A DNA stretch of 58,579 nucleotides, taken from positions 1-58,579 of IMG/VR virus record IMGVR_UViG_3300042197_001846; one strand, given 5' to 3'. This document shows positions 44,197 through 51,714 of the stretch, piece after piece; position 1 is the stretch's first letter; each line of letters opens with the position of its first letter. The DNA is from a virus (taxonomy: Duplodnaviria; Caudoviricetes). The position numbers and the translations under genes were made by a program. The notes under the pieces are model-generated. The model was not told the origin of the DNA and did not search any database. It saw only the letters and a program-made list of their open reading frames with translations.

Positions 44197-44409
44197 ATGA
44201 AAAATGTAGCACTTGCCACTGATCCAAAAATTATAGCGTTCAATCGTCGAGCTGAAGTTGCCGTTGAGGAACCGTTACAGTTTTTTATTGTTCCCACTGA
44301 TTACAAAGGTTTCATGTGGCTTATAAAAAATAGAATCTTGGGCCGCAAGCTCACTGGGCCTAGCTATAATAAGCATTACAATACACTTACTGGATCAATG
44401 CAAGAATGA
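44197..44409 (+). CDS. Hypothetical protein
   Basis: 70-aa ORF after the hairpin at about 44169-44188. Confidence 0.45.
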   Translation: MKNVALATDPKIIAFNRRAEVAVEEPLQFFIVPTDYKGFMWLIKNRILGRKLTGPSYNKHYNTLTGSMQE

Positions 44410-44483
44410 GAACACTCACCCTAGCCCTGTGGCTGTACGTTATGTTTATGATAACATTCCTTGCACGCTACTGTTTCACGTGA
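44406..44483 (+). CDS. 25-aa hydrophobic peptide MRTLTLALWLYVMFMITFLARYCFT
   Basis: ATGA overlap with the upstream stop codon; one TM-like stretch; stop codon lies within parS1. Confidence 0.45.
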   Translation: MRTLTLALWLYVMFMITFLARYCFT

Positions 44484-44487
44484 AACA
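44472..44487. promoter_or_regulatory. parS: parS site 1, perfect TGTTTCACGTGAAACA
   Basis: Exact match to the canonical bacterial chromosomal parS palindrome, inside a 26-bp perfect palindrome (44467-44492). Confidence 0.8.
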
Positions 44488-44820
44488 GTAGCAGCTTATA
44501 AAAAATATACCGCTATATTTTTTATAGCGCAGGCGCCAAATTATAGCATATAATTTGCAACCGTGTCAAGCCCCAGAGCCGCCGTTTGTCGGGTAGGATC
44601 GACCGCTGGTCGGCTGATGTGTGGTAGACTGTGGGGGTATGGGTGGTAGGCAATTGTCGCTTGGGCGACATTTGACCTCAAAAATTCAGGTATACTTGTT
44701 TCTGTTGTAAGGCATGACTCTAGGCGGCCAGTAACCCCGCCTACCCTCGGATAGGGCCGATAGGGCAAGGGCAGACAAGTTAAACCTTACAACATTCTAG
44801 ACTTTATAAGGATATAGGTT

Positions 44821-45297
44821 ATGAAAAGGATAGCGATCTATGATATGGATGGCACAATCGTTTGCAGTATGCACAGGTATCGTACCATTGTTGATAACGG
44901 TATTGAGCGCATTGACCTCGACTACTGGCGTGCTAATGAATATCGCGCACTTGATGACAGTTTGTTACCACTTGCAGAACAATATAAAAACGATCTCGAT
45001 GATCCCCACTGTATTGTTGTTATTGCTACTGCCCGCATTTTGCGGAACGCTGATCGTGCATTTATTTATAGCAAACTAGGCACTCCCGATCATATCGTTA
45101 GCCGTAATGAAAATGATAACCGTTCTGGCGGTACTCTCAAGATTGAGGGACTAAAACGGATTTTCAAATTGTATAGCAATTTAGGTTATCATTTTAATGA
45201 CGCTGTATTTTATGAGGATAATGTAGCATATCTTAAAGCGGTTTGTGATTACTTTAACATTAGGGGCGTTTATGTTCCAAGCAAACAAGGACATTGA
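44821..45297 (+). CDS. HAD-superfamily phosphatase (PNK 3'-phosphatase/nucleotidase-like)
   Basis: IYDMDGTI (motif I), ATAR (II), K (III), YEDN (IV). Confidence 0.85.
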   Translation: MKRIAIYDMDGTIVCSMHRYRTIVDNGIERIDLDYWRANEYRALDDSLLPLAEQYKNDLDDPHCIVVIATARILRNADRAFIYSKLGTPDHIVSRNENDNRSGGTLKIEGLKRIFKLYSNLGYHFNDAVFYEDNVAYLKAVCDYFNIRGVYVPSKQGH

Positions 45298-45298
45298 T

Positions 45299-45469
45299 AT
45301 GGAAAATGTAGCAACCATTCGTGATAAGTTTATTGATCTTTATTATAACATTTATGGCTTTTATCCTAGCTTTGGCAGTTATAGGGATTGGAACGATCCT
45401 CAATGGCTAAATCGCATGTATGATAGCCTTTATAAAGAATATAACAGTTTACCAGAGGAATTAGTATGA
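45299..45469 (+). CDS. Hypothetical protein
   Basis: MENVATIRDKFIDLYY..., with AAGGA upstream. Confidence 0.55.
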   Translation: MENVATIRDKFIDLYYNIYGFYPSFGSYRDWNDPQWLNRMYDSLYKEYNSLPEELV

Positions 45470-45669
45470 GCGAGCAATATTGGAAAGACCTAGCCAACCG
45501 TTCTACGTTTTGGCATAAACTTGCTAGTCGCATGTTGTTAAAAAATGCAGAACGATATTTACAATGTTCTAGAAACGATATTAGTCGCGGCCACTTGGTA
45601 GGCGCTGAATTGTACCAAAAAATGGCACAGCGTAATCTTGCAATTTGGGATAGCTTGCACAAAGTTTAG
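45466..45669 (+). CDS. Hypothetical protein
   Basis: GAGG RBS and ATGA overlap with the upstream gene. Confidence 0.55.
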   Translation: MSEQYWKDLANRSTFWHKLASRMLLKNAERYLQCSRNDISRGHLVGAELYQKMAQRNLAIWDSLHKV

Positions 45670-45684
45670 GTTTCACGTGGAACA
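45669..45684. promoter_or_regulatory. parS: parS site 2, GGTTTCACGTGGAACA (reverse complement TGTTCCACGTGAAACC), plus adjacent half-site
   Basis: One mismatch to TGTTNCACGTGAAACA; GGTTCCACGT half-site at 45686-45695. Confidence 0.7.
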
Positions 45685-45917
45685 TGGTTCCACGTTATAA
45701 AAACCACACCGATATAAATTTTATATCGGTGGCGCCAAAAATTATACCATAATTTTTGCGGCCGTGTCAAGGCCTGCGGCGACCGTTCGTCGGCTGGTAG
45801 CTGCCGCTGGTCGGTCGGATGTGCGGCGGCCCCTAGCCGATGGACGGCGGCGAATTGTGGCACTATCTGGCATTTTATGGTATACTAGGGGTTGCTCAAC
45901 TTTTAAGGTTATAAATT

Positions 45918-46610
45918 ATGAAACGACAATACTTCGCTGTTCTAGATACTGAAACGACCATTAACGATACCGTTATGGATTTTGCCATTGTGGTTTGTGA
46001 CCGTCACGGCAAGATTTACAATAGTTGTAGCGTTCTAGTTCGTGAGTTCTATGATCCTGCTACACTGTTCCATGATAAAAATGCTAACGGTTTTTGGTCT
46101 AATGCTAACTTAGAGCGTCGTCGTGCTAATTATCAGAACATGCTAGATTCTGGTACACGTATGCTTGCGTCTGTAACTGCTATAAATAATTGGATCAATA
46201 AATGTATCGGTACTTATGATCCGATCCTTACTGCATACAATCTAGCTTTCGACTCTAGCAAATGCGCTAATTCTGGTATCGTTCTAGATTCTTTCACTAG
46301 CCGCTTTTGCCTTTGGCAAGCCGCTGTTGGCAATATCTGCCGTTCCAAAAAGTATAAGCGTTTTGTGCTCGACAATCATCGTTTCAATAATGCGACCGAT
46401 AAAGGTAATATGACGTTCAAGACTGATGCCGAGACTGTTGCAGGTTTTGTAACTGGTAATCTTATTACTGAGCCGCATACTGCGCTTGAAGATGCTAGAG
46501 ATTTCGAGATTCCAATCCTACAAAAAATTGTACGTTCTAAAGGTTGGCGCGATCGCATCGAACCCTATGACTGGAAAAAGTTTCAGGTAAAGGATCATTA
46601 CAATGTTTGA
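45918..46610 (+). CDS. DEDDh 3'-5' exonuclease
   Basis: VLDTETT (ExoI), AYNLAFD (ExoII), HTALEDA (ExoIII). Confidence 0.88.
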   Translation: MKRQYFAVLDTETTINDTVMDFAIVVCDRHGKIYNSCSVLVREFYDPATLFHDKNANGFWSNANLERRRANYQNMLDSGTRMLASVTAINNWINKCIGTYDPILTAYNLAFDSSKCANSGIVLDSFTSRFCLWQAAVGNICRSKKYKRFVLDNHRFNNATDKGNMTFKTDAETVAGFVTGNLITEPHTALEDARDFEIPILQKIVRSKGWRDRIEPYDWKKFQVKDHYNV

Positions 46611-46854
46611 AGCATTCGGCGTTCTAGGTTCTATACTGCTTGGGGCTTCGGCCCTGCCCCAAGCTGTCGAATCCTATCGTTCTAAAAATTCAGACGGGCT
46701 TACCTTAGGTTTTATAGCGATGTGGTGGATTGGTATGGTTTCCATGACAATCTATATCGTACCCAAGGGTGATATGATTCTTATAGCAAACTATATTGCC
46801 AATCTATTTCTTGTAACAATTATTGCGAGGTATAAATTATGGCCGATTCGTTGA
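46603..46854 (+). CDS. PQ-loop/SemiSWEET-like 3-TM protein
   Basis: G.LGS.LL...ALPQ...SYR.K.SDGLT.......W..G; three hydrophobic helices in 83 aa. Confidence 0.8.
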   Translation: MFEAFGVLGSILLGASALPQAVESYRSKNSDGLTLGFIAMWWIGMVSMTIYIVPKGDMILIANYIANLFLVTIIARYKLWPIR

Positions 46855-47228
46855 TAAAAGTTGTAACAGCCGCTGTTACCCTACACTGGACTGCTATGCA
46901 AGAATTATGGCCAGAACTAAAAAGGCATAGCGTTCCAAAAGTTAGAATTAGCAATCGCATGTATCGCACTGCGGGTTTAGCCCATTGCGAGGTGCATGAG
47001 GTAGAATTTGCTAGCAAATTCTTTAACCGTTATAAAGCTGAGATGCTTTGCGTTATTGTACCGCATGAGCTAATCCATGTTGCAGATTATATAATTAACG
47101 GCGAAGACCCTACCGACTTTTGGCATGGGCCTGATTGGCGTCGCATGATGCTAGAATATGGCTTGCCACCAAGTGCAACCCACGAATATTATATAAATAA
47201 AAACGAACCAATTGTGAGGACGTTATAG
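46839..47228 (+). CDS. SprT-like zinc metalloprotease
   Basis: SNRM.RTAG.A...VPHELIH...WHGPDWRRMM. Confidence 0.8.
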   Translation: MADSLIKVVTAAVTLHWTAMQELWPELKRHSVPKVRISNRMYRTAGLAHCEVHEVEFASKFFNRYKAEMLCVIVPHELIHVADYIINGEDPTDFWHGPDWRRMMLEYGLPPSATHEYYINKNEPIVRTL

Positions 47229-47529
47229 AAACAATAGCGGCGCAAGCCGCTATATTTTTTGCTATATCGCTCTAAGTTATAGAATTTATAGCGATGGCGC
47301 CAAAATTATGATATAATTATATCATAATTATTGTGCCCGTGTCAACCCCTTGGGGGTGCCGCTGGTCGGATGGTGTCTGCCGTTGGTCGGGTTGGGTTGC
47401 CGCTGATCCACCTGATGAATGGTAGGCCAATTGTCGCCGTGACGACAATCTACCAGGCAAACCCGTGTATAATAGATTCTGTTGCAGGGGACATGGGGTC
47501 GAATCTGCAACGGTTCTAGGAGTTATAGC

Positions 47530-47856
47530 ATGGCAGAAAAAGCCGTTAACTATACGCCTGAGCAAACTGCTAAGATTATAGCAGATTATCAGGCAGGGGT
47601 TGCCGTCGAGCAAATCGCTCAGGCAATGGGTAAAACCGTTCGTTCGATTGTAGCGAAACTTTCTCGTGAGAAAGTTTACGTTGCAAAACAGTACGTTACA
47701 AAAACTGGCGAAAAGCCTGTTAAAAAAGATGTAACGGCCGATGCGATCGGTGCGATCCTTCGCTTGTCAGAGAATGATATAGATTCTCTAACTAAGGCAA
47801 ACAAAAGCGCTCTCAAGGCGATTTTCGATGCCTTAGCAAACAGCAAACCGCTGTAA
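47530..47856 (+). CDS. T5 A2-like DNA-binding protein, copy 2
   Basis: AGGAG RBS and ATG at 47530; closely similar to 43837-44163 over its full 108 aa. Confidence 0.75.
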   Translation: MAEKAVNYTPEQTAKIIADYQAGVAVEQIAQAMGKTVRSIVAKLSREKVYVAKQYVTKTGEKPVKKDVTADAIGAILRLSENDIDSLTKANKSALKAIFDALANSKPL

Positions 47857-47909
47857 AAATCAGAGCGGCCTAAAAAGCCGCTCGTTCTAAACTCTAGAAA
47901 GGAACTGTT

Positions 47910-48224
47910 ATGGAAAAGATGACTAAAAATCAAAAGATTATCCGCAAAGATATATTGGCTTATGTGCGCGAGTGTGGCGGAATTGTTCACAGTCGCCCGC
48001 CCGTAGGCGATGAAAACGGGTTTTGCCTTGTTGCTATGCCTTGTGTGCTCAATCCACGTCATGCTAAATTTTATGACGTTGCATTTAGCTGGTGTGCTGA
48101 TAACGATAAGTTTGATCGCAAGATCGGAGAGTTCTTAGCCCTAGAGCGTTGGGTAAATCGTGAAACTACCAAGATGCCAGGTTATATAATTGATAACATG
48201 CTTGAAATGGATTTGGTAGACTAG
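47910..48224 (+). CDS. Hypothetical protein
   Basis: AAGGA RBS; followed by a terminator hairpin at about 48240-48267. Confidence 0.6.
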   Translation: MEKMTKNQKIIRKDILAYVRECGGIVHSRPPVGDENGFCLVAMPCVLNPRHAKFYDVAFSWCADNDKFDRKIGEFLALERWVNRETTKMPGYIIDNMLEMDLVD

Positions 48225-48658
48225 GGTTCTAGAAACTATAACGGCCCCCAAGCGGGCCGTTATTTTTCTGATAACGGTTATAAATTATAGAATTTGCACC
48301 GCTATAATTTTTATAGCGGCCGCGCCATTATACTAGTATAATGGCAGGCGTGTCAAGCGATTTTGCCGCCATTCATCGGCCCCTAACTGCCGCTTGTCGG
48401 GTCGGTTTTGGGTGTAATTGGGTATAGTTATGGTTATTATATTGTTATAAAAAACATAACAATCTTGCGCCAAAATTTTACCACAAAATTTTGGCCGCTG
48501 TCAAGCGATTTTGCCGCCGTTTATCGACCCTAAGCCGCCGCCTGTCGGGTAGTTTTCATAACGGTATAAAAAGCATAATCGTGCTAAATTCTATAAACCA
48601 TAACGATATAGACCCCATAACGATATAGGTTCTATAAACCAGCACACCCCTAGGTGTG

Positions 48659-48950
48659 CTGCGCCAGTGCAAAAACTCAAGTGCAAAACTTTGAGCTGGT
48701 CTGCGCCAACATTATAGTGGAAATCCTTGGGCCAAGTCAAGTAAGTTTTTCTGACCCTAAACCAGAGCAGGTTGCAAGCAGTCCCAAAAAAATTTGCCGC
48801 GGTTTAGGGTCAGGTTGCCACGACCACAAAAAATATTTACTTGCGCCAGTGCCTAATCTAGTGCAAAATCAAAATTTCTGTGGTCCTGCGCCAACATTAT
48901 AGTGCAAATCCTTGACACAAGTCAAGAGAATTTTTCTGACCCTAAACCGT
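48659..48950. repeat. 185-bp-period imperfect direct repeat (two copies)
   Basis: GCGCCAGTGC...CTGCGCCAACATTATAGTG.AAATCCTTG...AAGTCAAG...TTTTTCTGACCCTAAACC; ATTATA at 48711 and 48896. Confidence 0.85.
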
Positions 48951-49010
48951 AATAACCCACGGTCACGGGCAATAAAAAACCCTGCACAGGGCAGGGCTAT
49001 TTGTGTAGGA

Positions 49011-49331
49011 TTAAATCGATTTATCCAGTTTAGGGTCAAGTAATCGCCTGTTAAGTAAGATTAACACCGATTTATTCACCTTTTCTAGGCTTTCTAACTG
49101 ATCGCTGGGAACCCCCAATGTTTGGGCAAGTTGTTCGATATACTCCCACTTCTTTACCGGCACCTCGCCACGTTTGTTGAGGTACGTCTTTTTTTGGTAG
49201 ACACCCAAACTGGAGAGCTTGGCAATTATGCTACGGTCAGGGACGCCAAGAGTATTAGCAATCTCCAACGTAGTTGCTCCGCCTTTATATTGTTCAACAA
49301 TCTTATCTGTAATTTCTTTGGTATATTTCAT
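49011..49331 (-). CDS. A2-like DNA-binding protein, divergent copy 3
   Basis: KYT.E.T..IVEQY..G....EIA..LG...RSIIAKLS..GVY...GE.PVKK...SLEK.NKS.L. Confidence 0.7.
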   Translation of the reverse strand: MKYTKEITDKIVEQYKGGATTLEIANTLGVPDRSIIAKLSSLGVYQKKTYLNKRGEVPVKKWEYIEQLAQTLGVPSDQLESLEKVNKSVLILLNRRLLDPKLDKSI

Positions 49332-49345
49332 GGTAGTTTTTGACC

Positions 49346-50116
49346 CTAAACTGCAGCAATTTTACCAGTATTAATCTGCCAAGGCAGCAGCTCACTAATT
49401 GGTGTTTTAGCTGGTTCAACTTTTTGTCCATTAAACAATTCGCTGTCTACTAGTGGTGGTGGCATACTATCCCAGTTGTGGGGGTCTAGGATCATAGTCG
49501 ATCTGCGGTTTTTAGGATGTGCTAGCCAAATTTGACACATCATGCTCTGTAATAAGATAGTCTGGTCACCTAATTGTGTGTCCCCCACCCCATACAATTT
49601 CCAAGTACTTTCAGCTGGCCTGGTTGTACCAGCTTTGGGTCCGCTGCGATAGGCTAAACCTTGCTGTCTAATAGCTAGCAATTCTTCGTTAGTAATGTTA
49701 GGTATGTTTTGTGTTAAACTTTCATAGAGCAGTGGTTCTAGGATCCATTTAAGCTCGTGATGATCCTGCCAGTGGCTGTAGGGCTGGTTGTAGCTTTGGC
49801 GTAGTCCTAGTAAGACTAGTGGGGTAAGTTGTCCGTACTCAGGCTGTTGTGTTTGATTTTTTATTAGCAGGCTGCGGCGAACTCTGGTTAATCTGTAGAG
49901 TGTTTTGTCTAGGTCACTACTAGTATTCTTTTGCACAGTTTCTAGTGGATTGTTATAGAGTCGCCAACGACCAAAGTGTGCTACTAGTTGTGGTAGCAGC
50001 CAACTACTGTAGTTTTGCAGTGGACTATTTTCCAGGTGTTCTAAAAATTGATCGTTGCTGTAGTTAGCCCAAGTTTCTAGGCCTAGTGTGTAAATGTCTT
50101 GTTTCTTGATGTACAT
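49346..50116 (-). CDS. Conserved T5-like phage hypothetical protein
   Basis: SWLLPQL..., TPLVL..., QIW.A.P..R...MI motifs recall (from memory) a conserved T5-family early protein encoded next to the terminal repeat. Confidence 0.55.
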   Translation of the reverse strand: MYIKKQDIYTLGLETWANYSNDQFLEHLENSPLQNYSSWLLPQLVAHFGRWRLYNNPLETVQKNTSSDLDKTLYRLTRVRRSLLIKNQTQQPEYGQLTPLVLLGLRQSYNQPYSHWQDHHELKWILEPLLYESLTQNIPNITNEELLAIRQQGLAYRSGPKAGTTRPAESTWKLYGVGDTQLGDQTILLQSMMCQIWLAHPKNRRSTMILDPHNWDSMPPPLVDSELFNGQKVEPAKTPISELLPWQINTGKIAAV

Positions 50117-50513
50117 ATGTTGTAGTCGGGTTAAACCCTAGTTAGGGCTGGTTATGGGGTGGACAATTAATTAAATTAGTTTCGATTTTTAGTTTTTTAA
50201 AATTTTTTAACCGGATTTTTACTACTTAAACTCTTGTGTTGTTGACTTGACCCTAAGCTGCGTCATTCTCACTCAACTTGTAGCTACCGTCTGGCGGGAC
50301 CCCAACCCCCCCGACTGCTACAAGTTGATCCTTGCTTTAGTCAGTCAACACACATACATTAATTTTTATAATTATATATGATTATAACATGCGTCTGGTA
50401 GTGATTTCAAGTGAATTTTTTCTGTGGAGGTTTGCTATGGTTTAGGGTCAGAGGTGTTAGAAAAACAAGGAAAAACTTTTTTAGAAGGGGTAGTCTGTTT
50501 TTCTAGCGGGTTT

Positions 50514-50720
50514 TTAAAGATAGCGGTTAGTTTCTATGGTGTAGACTAAGAGTTGTGCAAATTCTGGTGTGCTCAATTCACTCTTGTAAAGTCTTAGTCC
50601 CCACTGTGTAAGGGCGGCTGCAATGGCTAGGGTGTCGTCTTGGTAGTGTATGCGTAGCTTGTCGATAAACTCACTTACGTCATCGTTTAATTCTTTTAGC
50701 TGCTTGTCGGTTAATTCCAT
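50514..50720 (-). CDS. Hypothetical protein
   Basis: 68 aa with upstream AGGA. Confidence 0.55.
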   Translation of the reverse strand: MELTDKQLKELNDDVSEFIDKLRIHYQDDTLAIAAALTQWGLRLYKSELSTPEFAQLLVYTIETNRYL

Positions 50721-50732
50721 GTTTTTCCTAGT

Positions 50733-50762
50733 AAAACAAAAGCCCGCACAAGGCGGGCTTTT
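50733..50762 (-). terminator. Rho-independent (likely bidirectional) terminator
   Basis: AAAAGCCCGC-ACAAG-GCGGGCTTTT. Confidence 0.8.
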
Positions 50763-51700
50763 GAACTGTACATGTTTTTAGTTTAATGGCGGTGGATTGC
50801 TTTTATGTAGCGCTACTACGACCACCATACATCTTTGTCTACACTCTAGCTAGTTGCGAATTAGCGTAAGTCGGTGTAGGCGATGCCACGAACATCGGCT
50901 GTTCTTAGTTGCTGTTCGGTCTTGGGTTCCAGCCAAGATATGGGCAACTAGCGCGGGTAGGGTTTTCACCTACATTCCCCACTTAAGGGATGTTTGCTTA
51001 CAAAACCGCGACTAACCCAGGCTCTGGGGTCAGGCCTTGCCATTTATTGTTGGCGCACTGCCCTGTTAGGGCATAATCAGTATTTTATACTAGCTGCGGT
51101 ATTATCTGACTATACATAATACGCTAGACCCTAAACCGGATCGGTTGCCAGGCTAGAGGGCTTATTTCTAGCACACCTTTGCTCTGAGCACGTTTGAGCT
51201 ACTGGCATATTTGTTAACGACTGTCTACCCCACAGCTCCAGTTAACTACGGCTTGTGGCATGTAACCCTGAGTTCATTATCCAACTGGGTTGGCAAGAGG
51301 AATAGCTCAAGGACTGTAGTGGGTGGCCGCCATGCACTGTGGCAGAATCGGCTCCACTGGTTTCTAACTCTCGTGTTAGATAACGCATAACTACGTATAT
51401 GCTACGGTAACAGGTCTTTTGGTTAACCCCTATAACTGTTAACAAACTAGGGGGCTGGTTCCTTTAGGGTGGTTAGCAGCTTCCACCATAATGTATATCC
51501 GTTCCGCAGCAGGTCAGCTACGCAAGCTCGTTGGCCGCAGATTTCAACACATTTGTATAACCACCAAAAGGCATGGGGTCAAATCAGCAGTTATACAAAT
51601 AGGTTGAGGTGGGTCTGTGTTAAGGGTAAATTCAACACAGATTAAGAACTTATCCAACAGATTAGTGTTGGCCCTGGTTCGCCCTAAACTGTCACTCAAT
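50763..51700 (-). ncRNA. Candidate large structured ncRNA A (~940 nt)
   Basis: Bounded by promoter 51707-51735 and terminator 50733-50762; no credible ORF; many stems. Confidence 0.6.
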
Positions 51701-51714
51701 AATAATATTATACA

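Noticed and set aside
44541-48902. ORFs 44541-44768, 45666-45863, 45764-45952, 47317-47613, 47328-47510, 47331-47519 and 48654-48902
   Set aside because: They overlie the regulatory cassettes, lack a clear RBS and have atypical composition
44500-48950. CRISPR array or integron-like cassette array suggested by repeated palindromic units
   Set aside because: The units are degenerate, irregularly spaced and separated by whole genes. No cas or integrase gene is present. A regulatory cassette explains them better.
51242-51445. 67-aa ORF inside ncRNA A (and the plus-strand ORF 54325-54561 in ncRNA B)
   Set aside because: Weak start, no convincing RBS, or antisense to the promoter; both lie within long RNA stems
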